A DNA stretch of 64,000 nucleotides. It comes from a virus. The notes below the pieces were generated by a model. The model made no database searches and was not told the origin of the DNA. It was given only the letters and a program-made list of their open reading frames with translations. Where the stretch lies: positions 325-64,324 of the IMG/VR virus record IMGVR_UViG_3300037420_000510. One strand, 5' to 3'. Below are positions 17,330 to 25,850 of the stretch, piece after piece (the first letter of the stretch is position 1; each line of letters begins with the position of its first letter). The translations under genes were made by a program, and so were the position numbers.

Positions 17330-17415
17330 CCTTGGTCGGAACAACGCGGCCGCGCCGCCTTTCGATATGACGCCAAAAACATCACATAAGGCTTGCGATG
17401 GACTGGGTGCTCGAC

Positions 17416-17631
17416 CTATGCGAGCAACTGGCGAATCAGTGCCTTCATCTCTGCTATCTCACTGCTTAGTCTGGCGAGTTCATCCGCCCTGAATGAAGCT
17501 TGGAGTCTTTCGACAATCTCGGCATTAAGTGAGATTCCGTGAGAATCCGCTGCAGCCTGAATCTCTTCATTAAGCGCACGAGGCAGGCGAAGGGTCTTTT
17601 TGACTAATTCTTGGTCTTTGGAAATTTCCAT
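17416..17631 (-). CDS. Arc-family ribbon-helix-helix regulator
   Basis: KTLRLPRALNEEIQAAADSHGISLNAEIVERL. Confidence 0.85.
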   Translation of the reverse strand: MEISKDQELVKKTLRLPRALNEEIQAAADSHGISLNAEIVERLQASFRADELARLSSEIAEMKALIRQLLA

Positions 17632-17867
17632 CGCGCGATTTTGCGCGAGCGGAAAAGAAAGTGTTGTTTTTGGTGGCACATATGCCACCAGAATGCGATG
17701 TAAAGAAGCAGAAACGTTTTGCTTTTGAGTATAGTTTCTACATGGAACGCGGACTATTTGGACGCCAAAAGCGAAAGCAAAAGCGGGAATCCCTCTCTTC
17801 TTTCGTCTTTATGGCGTTTGGATTTCTATAGCATTAATTTCATGTTGCCATTCGTACAAGAGACATC

Positions 17868-18101
17868 ATGACCAACAAGATCGAACGATGGAACGCAGCT
17901 TTCGCCACGATGGACGACCGTGCCCAGGACGAGGCGTTGCGAATGGCTGAAGGCCTTGCCAAGGCGCACCCCAAAAAGGCGCGTGCGCGCAAATCGAAGC
18001 TATTAGCTCTCGTTGCCTCGAACTTGGTGGTCAGGCCGGCACAAGGTCTCGGCCAAGCGAAGCAAGTCAGCCCGCCCACGCTCGTCAGTTCCGTGAAATA
18101 A
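17868..18101 (+). CDS. Small protein resembling the repressor C-terminal domain (candidate antirepressor/co-regulator)
   Basis: FATMDDRAQDEALRMAEGL aligns without gaps to the repressor segment FHGTDERGRADLLRLAETL. Confidence 0.6.
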   Translation: MTNKIERWNAAFATMDDRAQDEALRMAEGLAKAHPKKARARKSKLLALVASNLVVRPAQGLGQAKQVSPPTLVSSVK

Positions 18102-18389
18102 CTCGAGCAGACGAATGGCCTGGAGGAGAGTGTCAGGGCCTGGCACAGAGTGGGGAAGGCGAACCATGTTGTGCGGAGCTACAGGCTGGTCATCGGGCAC
18201 AACCACGGTATCCAGGAACATCTCACCCATCCCGTACGTCTGCTCAAGGCGCCGGGCCGCGCGTTCGCCAAAGGGATTGCCCTCCTTGAGGAGCTGGGAG
18301 ATGTAGCTCTTCTCCTTGGGCGGGATGGATCGCGTCGCGAACCACTCGCGTAGCTTCGCGCGTCGGATGTCTTGTATTTGCATCCTCAT
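18003..18389 (-). CDS. CI-like repressor lacking the S24 peptidase domain
   Basis: IRRAKLREW...SYISQLL...FGERAARRLE...FLD N-domain; divergent from a Cro-like gene; only about 128 aa. Confidence 0.8.
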   Translation of the reverse strand: MRMQIQDIRRAKLREWFATRSIPPKEKSYISQLLKEGNPFGERAARRLEQTYGMGEMFLDTVVVPDDQPVAPHNMVRLPHSVPGPDTLLQAIRLLELFHGTDERGRADLLRLAETLCRPDHQVRGNES

Positions 18390-18395
18390 ATTTTG

Positions 18396-18459
18396 ATTAG
18401 CATTCGCTAAACAAGCAAATGCTTGACTTTGCGCGTCTTTGGGTTTAGAGTCAACTAAA
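18396..18459 (+). promoter_or_regulatory. pR-like promoter and two operators
   Basis: TTGACT-N17-TAGAGT (18423-18451); ATTAG-N6-CTAAA (18396) and TTTAG-N6-CTAAA (18444). Confidence 0.75.
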
Positions 18460-18490
18460 CCAGTTAAGTTTTCACTCACCGAGAGACCCC

Positions 18491-18742
18491 ATGAAGCTTC
18501 GTGATTACCTAAATGCAGAGCGCGGCTCGTCGACGCGCCTGGCTGCTCAACTTGAAGTCTCACTGTCTTACCTTTCGCAAATGGCCACAGGGGATGCTGC
18601 TATTTCGCCAGCACGCTGCGTTCTCATCGAGAAGTACACCGATGGCGTCGTAACGCGTCGAGACCTCCGCGATGACTGGATGGACATCTGGCCGGAAATC
18701 AGGTCGACGTCGAAGCAGCAGGCGCGACGCTCGCTGGGCTGA
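18491..18742 (+). CDS. Cro/YdaS-like HTH regulator
   Basis: STRLAAQLEVSLSYLSQMATG...ISPARCVLIEKYTDGVVTRRDLR. Confidence 0.85.
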   Translation: MKLRDYLNAERGSSTRLAAQLEVSLSYLSQMATGDAAISPARCVLIEKYTDGVVTRRDLRDDWMDIWPEIRSTSKQQARRSLG

Positions 18743-18864
18743 TCAGTCTCCAGCCTCTTTAAAGCAGTTTTCTAAATCCTGTAGCACGGTTCATAGGATC
18801 AGCAGCACCAGTAATGCCAAGCAGTAGTAGTCACCCATCCTTGTAGCACCGCTTTATAGGAGTA

Positions 18865-19125
18865 GTGATGAAAGAGCAGAAAGACCTTCCCGTGAAGGCG
18901 TATGTGAGCGCCAGTGAGTTTCTGGAGTTCAGTGAGGCATGCGTCATAGCGGATGTGAAACATAGCAGGATCCTTCGGGCTCTGCTGAACGATTGGACCA
19001 AGCAGGTGAAGTCTACCAGCGCGGCCGATCAGAAGAAAAGTACCAACGTAGGCCTGAAGTGGTCCTTGCCAGCTGCGCATTCACGGGTGAATTACGGCGT
19101 CGCGCCGGTGCGCCTTCGGGTTTGA
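18865..19125 (+). CDS. Hypothetical regulator in the CII position
   Basis: Position after cro; RHH-like pattern. Confidence 0.55.
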   Translation: MMKEQKDLPVKAYVSASEFLEFSEACVIADVKHSRILRALLNDWTKQVKSTSAADQKKSTNVGLKWSLPAAHSRVNYGVAPVRLRV

Positions 19126-19269
19126 CGGCGCTCACTACACATGGACTGGCTAGCGGGCGCGCAAGCGCACAGGCGGCAGCAAACGCGTAACAAAAAAGAC
19201 GGCCTGCCATCGAGTGGGCCCAACAAATCAAAACGTATCAGGGGATCTATGGAGCCGGAGACGCCAACT

Positions 19270-19440
19270 ATGTCGACACCTGAACAACGTGTAATTCACT
19301 GCGCGATCGCGTGGCGAGAGACGGAGAAATCCGCGATGGGAGCTTCGGAAGGCGAGAAGAATTCGGCCAACCGCAAGCACGGGGAAGCAAAGCGAAACCT
19401 GCGCGCAGCCGTTGACCGGCTCACTGGAGGCAAGCCATGA
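19270..19440 (+). CDS. Hypothetical protein
   Basis: MSTPEQRVIHCAIAWRE; GGAG RBS. Confidence 0.55.
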   Translation: MSTPEQRVIHCAIAWRETEKSAMGASEGEKNSANRKHGEAKRNLRAAVDRLTGGKP

Positions 19441-19745
19441 CGAACGAATGCCGTTCCGACAGCAGGAACGAAGTGCTGCAAATGATCAGGACGAGCCAGG
19501 GCATCACGGCAAACCGGATCCGCGAGGCGGTCGGCCTGTCGAACCGCCAGGTCCTGGCAATTCTATCTGGGCTGACCGCCGATGGCGTAATCAGCTGGAG
19601 GATGCTCCGTCCAGAAGCTGGCGTAAGCCGTTCACCTCGTCGCAGCTACTTCATCGCAGATCGGCACAACGCGACGATCCCGGCGGCCTGGGACGTGCTG
19701 GCGTACTTCTTCGGTCGCATCGCAGCAGAACCCGCAATCATTTGA
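19437..19745 (+). CDS. Winged-HTH-like protein
   Basis: GITANRIREAVGLSNRQVLAILSGLTADGVI. Confidence 0.65.
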   Translation: MTNECRSDSRNEVLQMIRTSQGITANRIREAVGLSNRQVLAILSGLTADGVISWRMLRPEAGVSRSPRRSYFIADRHNATIPAAWDVLAYFFGRIAAEPAII

Positions 19746-19877
19746 TCGAGCACCGATGGCGCCACAGCCGCGGCGCCATCCCCTAACGCCCGTAGGAGGC
19801 ACCATGCATCACCGACCTGGCCACTTCGAGCGCTTCACGCAAGCGCAACGCCGTATCGTCCTGGTGCGGGGCATGCC

Positions 19878-20315
19878 ATGAGTGACCTCGGACTGAAGCG
19901 CTTCTCCACGCTGAAGCAGAAGACGCCGCTGAAGCGTACCGGCTTTCTGCGTAAGCATCGCAGCAAAGAGCAAGTCACCAAGAATGTCTACAGCCTCAAA
20001 TCGCGCGGCCCGAAGATGACGCCGATCCGCCGCGCCGCACGCGGCCAGGAATGCCAGTTGCAGATTCTCGGCGTGTGCAACGGCGACCCTACCACGACCG
20101 TCCTGTGCCACTCCAACCGGCTTGCCGACGGCAAGGGCATGGGCCTGAAGGCTCCCGACACCGAGGCATGCATCGGCTGCTCCTCCTGCCATGACGTTCT
20201 CGATGGCCGCGCGCCGCGACCAGCCGGCATGTCGATGGACGACCTGCAGCGCCTCTTCGACTATGCACGCGAGCGCACTCACGCGATCCTGCGCGCGAAA
20301 GGCCTCCTGCCATGA
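19878..20315 (+). CDS. DUF1364/YbcO-like nuclease-domain protein
   Basis: AARGQECQLQILGVCNGDPTTTVLCH...CSSCHDVLDGR. Confidence 0.85.
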   Translation: MSDLGLKRFSTLKQKTPLKRTGFLRKHRSKEQVTKNVYSLKSRGPKMTPIRRAARGQECQLQILGVCNGDPTTTVLCHSNRLADGKGMGLKAPDTEACIGCSSCHDVLDGRAPRPAGMSMDDLQRLFDYARERTHAILRAKGLLP

Positions 20316-20605
20316 CCACGAACGTCCTCAGCCCGAATTGGGCAGGCGAAACCGCCGAGCCCATCGATCCCACGACGGTGCGATTCAAGGCCGTCAAGGC
20401 TCCTGTGTACGCCGACTGCCAAGGGTGCATGTTCATTGGCCAGCGCAATGCCGTATGCCAGCAGGCGTCCGCAATCGCCGTCGCCGCCGGCAGCATCGAT
20501 TGCGACGACCCGTGGCCCGCCGGCGGCTCGATCGTCTACGTCATCGACAAGGGCGATCCGCGCCAGATGGATCTGCTGAAGGCCGCCGAGAGCGAATCAT
20601 GCTGA
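20312..20605 (+). CDS. Hypothetical protein
   Basis: CQGC...DPRQMDL; operon overlap. Confidence 0.6.
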   Translation: MTTNVLSPNWAGETAEPIDPTTVRFKAVKAPVYADCQGCMFIGQRNAVCQQASAIAVAAGSIDCDDPWPAGGSIVYVIDKGDPRQMDLLKAAESESC

Positions 20606-20832
20606 TCTACGAAGTCAAAGGCCCGACCGAGAGCGGTCATTACCTCGTCGGCTACCCCACGCCAGGTGCTCCGCAAGTGTTCACCCTGGCCGGCTGCGCG
20701 ACGAACGAATTAACAGCGCAGCGCGAATGCGACCGCCTGAACGAAGCACAAGTTGCCGACCGCCGCGCCGACATCGTGCGTCAGGCCGACATGATTTCCA
20801 ACGATCTGCGCTCCACGCAGCAGAGGAGCTAG
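20599..20832 (+). CDS. Hypothetical protein
   Basis: MLIYEVKGP... Confidence 0.55.
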   Translation: MLIYEVKGPTESGHYLVGYPTPGAPQVFTLAGCATNELTAQRECDRLNEAQVADRRADIVRQADMISNDLRSTQQRS

Positions 20833-20834
20833 CC

Positions 20835-21665
20835 GTGAATTTTTACCCCTTCCATTTGGGCGATTACGCGGCCCATACGCGCCACCTGAGCCTTATGGAA
20901 GACCTGGCCTATCGCCGCATGCTCGACCTGTACTACACGACCGAGGCGCCCCTTCCGGCCGATCCCGCGAAGGTGGCTCGCCTCATCGGCATGCGCGATC
21001 ACATGCAAGAGGTCTGCGATGTGCTGTCTGAATTCTTTGTGAAATCAGAAGCCGGTCACACCAGCTCACGTTGCGAACGTGAGATCGAGGTCTACAAGGC
21101 CAAAGCGGAGCGCGCGAAGTCCGCCAACAAAGCACGCTGGAGTTCTAAGCACGCGGATGATGGATCAAATAAGGATCTGAAATCAGATACGAAGTCAGAT
21201 GTGAAAACAGAATCAAAGTCTGATCTGAAATCAGATGCGGATCAGGTCCCAACCAATAACCAAGAACCAATAACCAAAGAAGAACCCCCCAAACCCCCCG
21301 TTGGGGGGCTCACCGTGGTCGCCAAACCTGACGGCAAAACCAAGGCCCGACGCATCGCCCTGAAGACTTTCCTTGCTGACTGCAAGGCGAACGACATACG
21401 TCCCATGCGGGACTACGAGCCGCTGTGGAACTACACGCGTAACGCCAAGCTGCCCGACGATTTTGTCGCCCTGGCCTGGGTCGAGTTCTGCCGACGCTTC
21501 GGTGCCGGTGGCGTGAAGGAGGCGAACCTGCAGGCGGACTGGCGTAAGACGTTCAGGAACTACGTCGAGAACAACTACCTGAAGCTATGGGCGGCCGGTC
21601 CTGATGGCGAGTACTTCCTGACCACCCAGGGCAAGCAGGCCCAAACCGTAGCGGAGGCAGCATGA
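20835..21665 (+). CDS. YdaU/DUF1376 replication initiator
   Basis: NFYPFHLGDY...LSLMEDLAYRRMLDLYY...NQEPITK; GTG start after GAGGAG. Confidence 0.85.
   Translation: MNFYPFHLGDYAAHTRHLSLMEDLAYRRMLDLYYTTEAPLPADPAKVARLIGMRDHMQEVCDVLSEFFVKSEAGHTSSRCEREIEVYKAKAERAKSANKARWSSKHADDGSNKDLKSDTKSDVKTESKSDLKSDADQVPTNNQEPITKEEPPKPPVGGLTVVAKPDGKTKARRIALKTFLADCKANDIRPMRDYEPLWNYTRNAKLPDDFVALAWVEFCRRFGAGGVKEANLQADWRKTFRNYVENNYLKLWAAGPDGEYFLTTQGKQAQTVAEAA
21174..21245 (+). repeat. 12-bp tandem units inside the initiator gene (candidate origin iterons)
   Basis: GATCTGAAATCA/GATACGAAGTCA/GATGTGAAAACA/GAATCAAAGTCT/GATCTGAAATCA/GATGCGGATCAG. Confidence 0.6.
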
Positions 21666-23068
21666 ACATCAGTTTTGCAATCCGCGAGTACGAGGAATTC
21701 ATCAAGAGCAAGCTCGTGGCCGACATCCCGACTGGATTCGATTGCGATATCCAGGCTGGCCCTATGTTCGACTTCCAGGCGGCATGCGTGAAGTGGGCAT
21801 TGAAGCGCGGTCGCGCCGCGCTGTTCCTCGATACTGGCCTCGGGAAAACGCTGTGCCAGGCGACATGGGCTCAGAAGGTGTGCGAGCACACGGGCGGCAA
21901 CGTCATCATCGCGGCGCCGCTGTGCGTGGCGCAGCAGACCGTCGAGGAAGCTAGCAAGTTCGGCATCACGGTTCGCTATTGCCGCTCGGACGACGAAGTG
22001 CAAGCAGGGATCACGATCACGAACTACGAGATGCTGCAGCACTTCGATCTCGACGCATTCGCCGGCGTGGTACTGGATGAATCCTCGATCCTGAAAAACC
22101 ACACCAGCAAGATGCGCGCGGAGATCACGGATTCGTTCCGCAATACGCCATACAAGCTGTCATGCACGGCCACGCCGAGCCCGAATGACTACATCGAGCT
22201 GGGCAACCAGTCGGAATTCCTCGGCGTGATGAACGCACAGGAAATGCTGGCGACGTTCTTCACCCACGATGGCGGCGACACGTCGAAATGGCGCCTGAAA
22301 GGCCACGGCAAGACGCGCTTTTGGGAGTGGATGAGCACGTGGGCAATCTGCATCCGGAACCCGTCCGACCTGGGTTTTGATGGTTCGCGCTACATCCTGC
22401 CGCCGCTGAACGTCATCGAACACGTCGTCGAAGGCGGCCAACTGCTGGAGGGCCAACTGTTCGCCGTGGTGGCGCAGAGCCTCTCCGAGCGGCGCGAAGC
22501 GAAGCGCAACAGCATGGCCGATCGCGTCGTCCTGGCGGCGCAAATCGCCAACGAGGCAACTGGCCCGGTCATCGTTTGGTGCCACCTGAACGACGAATCG
22601 AGCGCACTGGCTATGGAGATTCCCGGCGCCGTCGAAGTCACTGGCTCCATGACTATCGAGCAGAAAACGAAGAACGTCATGGCGTTCACGCACGGCGAAG
22701 CGCGCGTATTGGTCAGCAAGCCGTCGATCTGTGGTGCGGGTATGAACTGGCAGCACTGCAGCACGATGGTGTTCGCCGGCATGAACGATTCGTTCGAAGA
22801 CTTCTACCAGGCCGTACGCCGCTCGTACCGGTTCGGTCAAACGCGCACCGTCGACGTTCACATCATTACTGCGGACACCGAGGGCGCCGTCAAGGCCAAC
22901 ATCGAGCGAAAGCAGCGCCAGGCGAATGAAATGGCCGAGCAGATGGTCAGCCATATGCGAATGATCACGCGCCGCCAGATCGAAGGCGCGCGCAGCAACA
23001 CAGAAACCTACAGCCCGACCGTGCCCATGACTGTGCCGGCCTGGATCAAAAACGACGCGGAGATTTAA
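21662..23068 (+). CDS. SNF2/DEAD-like superfamily 2 helicase
   Basis: DTGLGKT, LDESS, TATPSPND, YQAVRRSYRFGQ. Confidence 0.9.
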   Translation: MNISFAIREYEEFIKSKLVADIPTGFDCDIQAGPMFDFQAACVKWALKRGRAALFLDTGLGKTLCQATWAQKVCEHTGGNVIIAAPLCVAQQTVEEASKFGITVRYCRSDDEVQAGITITNYEMLQHFDLDAFAGVVLDESSILKNHTSKMRAEITDSFRNTPYKLSCTATPSPNDYIELGNQSEFLGVMNAQEMLATFFTHDGGDTSKWRLKGHGKTRFWEWMSTWAICIRNPSDLGFDGSRYILPPLNVIEHVVEGGQLLEGQLFAVVAQSLSERREAKRNSMADRVVLAAQIANEATGPVIVWCHLNDESSALAMEIPGAVEVTGSMTIEQKTKNVMAFTHGEARVLVSKPSICGAGMNWQHCSTMVFAGMNDSFEDFYQAVRRSYRFGQTRTVDVHIITADTEGAVKANIERKQRQANEMAEQMVSHMRMITRRQIEGARSNTETYSPTVPMTVPAWIKNDAEI

Positions 23069-23071
23069 GAC

Positions 23072-23956
23072 ATGAACGTCCTGAACGAGGAAGTGACGGA
23101 TCGCTTTGCCCTGTACAACGCGGACTGTGTTGACGTCGTTCGCGCCATGCCCGACAACAGCCTGGATTTTTCCGTGTACTCGCCACCATTCGAAAGCCTG
23201 TACGTGTTCTCCAACAGCGAACGCGACATGGGAAACAGCGCCAGCAGCGAGGATTTCTGGCAGCACTACCGCTACCTGATCGCGGAAATGTACCGAGCCC
23301 TGAAGCCGGGCCGCCTGATCGCGATCCACTGCATGAACCTGCCGACTTCGAAGGCGCGCGACGGTTTTATCGGCATCAAGGACTTCCGCGGTGAGATCAT
23401 CCGCTCGCACCAGAGCGCTGGATTCATCTACCACAGCGAGGTCTGCATCTGGAAGGATCCGGTAGTCGCTATGCAGCGCACGAAGGCGCTCGGGCTTCTG
23501 TACAAGCAACTGAAAAAAGATTCGGCCATGAGCCGTCAAGGCATCGCGGATTACCTCGTCGTCGTACGTAAGCCGGGGGATAACCCTGACCCGGTGACGC
23601 ATACCGAGGCCGATTTCCACGTCGACAAATGGCAGCAGTACGCGAGCCCTGTCTGGATGGACATCAAGCAGTCGCGCACCCTGCAATACATGAGCGCCCG
23701 CGACGAAGACGATGAACGTCATATCTCGCCGCTCCAGCTGGACGTCATCGAGCGCGCCATCGATCTGTGGACCAATCCGAACGACCTCGTATTCACGCCG
23801 TTCCTCGGCATTGGCAGCGAGGCATACGTGGCACTGCAGATGGGGCGTCGTGCGGCTGGATCGGAACTCAAGCGCTCGTACTTCGATCTGGCTGTGCGCA
23901 ATTGCCGCGAGGCTCAGCGCGAGGCGCAAGTTGATCTCTTCGCGGAGGCATCATGA
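23072..23956 (+). CDS. DNA amino-methyltransferase (N4-mC/N6-mA, beta order)
   Basis: SPPF (motif IV) before VFTPFLGIGSE (motif I). Confidence 0.9.
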   Translation: MNVLNEEVTDRFALYNADCVDVVRAMPDNSLDFSVYSPPFESLYVFSNSERDMGNSASSEDFWQHYRYLIAEMYRALKPGRLIAIHCMNLPTSKARDGFIGIKDFRGEIIRSHQSAGFIYHSEVCIWKDPVVAMQRTKALGLLYKQLKKDSAMSRQGIADYLVVVRKPGDNPDPVTHTEADFHVDKWQQYASPVWMDIKQSRTLQYMSARDEDDERHISPLQLDVIERAIDLWTNPNDLVFTPFLGIGSEAYVALQMGRRAAGSELKRSYFDLAVRNCREAQREAQVDLFAEAS

Positions 23957-25305
23957 GTGACATCAAGCCCCCACCGCACAGCATCGAGGCCGAGCAAAGC
24001 GTTATCGGCGCGATCCTGATCGACAACGACGCCATCGATCGTATGGGCGACCTGCGCGCCGAGCACTTCTATCTCGGCGACCACCAGATCATCTTTGCCG
24101 AGCTGATCAAGCAACTGAACGCTGGCCGCTCCTGCGACGTTATCTCGCTGATGGTCGCACTCGACGGCAAGATCAGCGAGCCCGGCAAGTACCTGAACCA
24201 GATGGCGCAGAACACGCCGTCTTCGGCCGGCATTGCGCGCTACGCCGCGATCGTACGCGACAAGGCCGTTAAGCGTGGATTGATGTCGCTCGGGAAGGAT
24301 ATCGCGGAGGAGGCGGCGAATTCGCCAGCGGACGCGGTTCAACTCCTCGACTCCGCAGGTTCCCGCCTGGAGAAGTTGGCCGAGTCCCGCGTCTCGGACG
24401 AGCCGGTGCGCGCCGGCGACGATATGGTCGCTCACATCACAGAGATCGAGAGCCGGTACGAGGGTGGCACGAAGGCCATGCCCACCGGCTTTGACGACAT
24501 CGACAAGAAACTGAATGGCGGCGTGAGGGGCGGGAACCTGATCGTCCTGGCGGGCCGTCCGTCGATGGGTAAGACCGCATTGGCGATGAACATCGCGACC
24601 AACATGGCTGTCGACTACTCGGTTCTGTTTTTGTCGATGGAGATGCGGCGCTCGGAGCTTCACGACCGCAATCTGGCGTCCATTGGTCGGGTCCCGCTGG
24701 ATCGCATCATGGAACCGCGGCGGATGGAAGACCAGGACTGGGCGAACCTGACGCACGCGACTATCCGCATCAATGAACTCAAGTTGTACCTGCACCATCA
24801 GGGCGGCATGAGGCTGCTGGACGTGCGCATGAAGGCCAAAGGCATCAAGCGCAAGCGCGGCCTGGACATCCTCATGATCGACTACCTGCAGCTCATGGAG
24901 GGCGAGGGCGACAACCGCAACACGCAGATCGAAGGCATTACGCGCGGCCTGAAGTCACTGGCGATGGAACTCGAGATCGGGATTTTCCTTCTGTCGCAGT
25001 TGAACAGAAAGGTCGAAGAACGCCCGAACAAACGCCCGCTGATGTCAGACCTTCGCGACTCCGGCGCAATCGAGCAAGACGCCGACGTAATCATGTTCCC
25101 GTACCGGGACGAACGATACAACCCGGATTCACTCGACAAGGGGCTTTGCGAAGTCAACTTCCCGAAGGTGCGCCAAGGCGAACCGGGGACTATCGCTCTG
25201 ACGTACCTGGGCGAATACACGCGATTCGAGAACTGCGCCAGGTGGGTGCAGAGGGCGCCGGAGGACAGGCGCAAGCCGGGCAACGGGCTTTCGAAATTTC
25301 TGTGA
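23953..25305 (+). CDS. dnaB: Replicative DNA helicase
   Basis: PPHSIEAEQSVIG, AGRPSMGKT, IDYLQLM, LSQLNR, DLRDSGAIEQDAD. Confidence 0.95.
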   Translation: MSDIKPPPHSIEAEQSVIGAILIDNDAIDRMGDLRAEHFYLGDHQIIFAELIKQLNAGRSCDVISLMVALDGKISEPGKYLNQMAQNTPSSAGIARYAAIVRDKAVKRGLMSLGKDIAEEAANSPADAVQLLDSAGSRLEKLAESRVSDEPVRAGDDMVAHITEIESRYEGGTKAMPTGFDDIDKKLNGGVRGGNLIVLAGRPSMGKTALAMNIATNMAVDYSVLFLSMEMRRSELHDRNLASIGRVPLDRIMEPRRMEDQDWANLTHATIRINELKLYLHHQGGMRLLDVRMKAKGIKRKRGLDILMIDYLQLMEGEGDNRNTQIEGITRGLKSLAMELEIGIFLLSQLNRKVEERPNKRPLMSDLRDSGAIEQDADVIMFPYRDERYNPDSLDKGLCEVNFPKVRQGEPGTIALTYLGEYTRFENCARWVQRAPEDRRKPGNGLSKFL

Positions 25306-25367
25306 CACGAAGCACTAGACCATCGCGCACGAGCGCTAACCGCATCACCAAAACAAGGGAGTAAAAC

Positions 25368-25826
25368 ATGTGGCCTTTCGACATTTTTGCAAAACGCCGC
25401 GCAGCCAGGGAGGCGAAGGAGCGCGCGGAACACGCCGAGCGTATGGACCGCGTCAAGGCAAGCATCGAGGCAGCGAATAAACGCCAGCGCGCAGCTGCGG
25501 AGGCCATCAGCAAGGCGCAAATCTTCCGCGCCGAAGCAGCGCCGCGCAAGGCATCGCTGAGTGTGGCCCCTAGCCCGAGCGACGCCTACACCGACCCGCT
25601 CAGCCCGATCAACCATCTGTCGCCGCTGAACCCGATCAACCAGGTCAGCATCTGGCCGGCGACGGCTGACGAGCCGCGCCACTCGTCGCATAGCCACTGT
25701 GACACATCGAGCGGCCATTCGTCGCACTCGAGCAGCGATTACCCATCGCACAGCCACAGCAGCCATGACCATTCGTGCTCGAGCAGCTACGACAGCGGCT
25801 CGTCGTCGACCGGCAGCGACTGGTAA
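25368..25826 (+). CDS. Hypothetical protein with Ser/His-rich tail
   Basis: GGGAG RBS; low-complexity C-terminus. Confidence 0.65.
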   Translation: MWPFDIFAKRRAAREAKERAEHAERMDRVKASIEAANKRQRAAAEAISKAQIFRAEAAPRKASLSVAPSPSDAYTDPLSPINHLSPLNPINQVSIWPATADEPRHSSHSHCDTSSGHSSHSSSDYPSHSHSSHDHSCSSSYDSGSSSTGSDW

Positions 25827-25850
25827 TTCGCATCCAACCAGGGAGACTGC

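Noticed and set aside
18003-18563. 186-aa repressor using the upstream start in the ORF track
   Set aside because: The extension would overlap cro, pR and the operators; a start at 18389 or 18383 fits better
22160-23929. 589-aa minus-strand ORF
   Set aside because: Antisense shadow of the helicase and MTase genes in GC-rich DNA; no motifs
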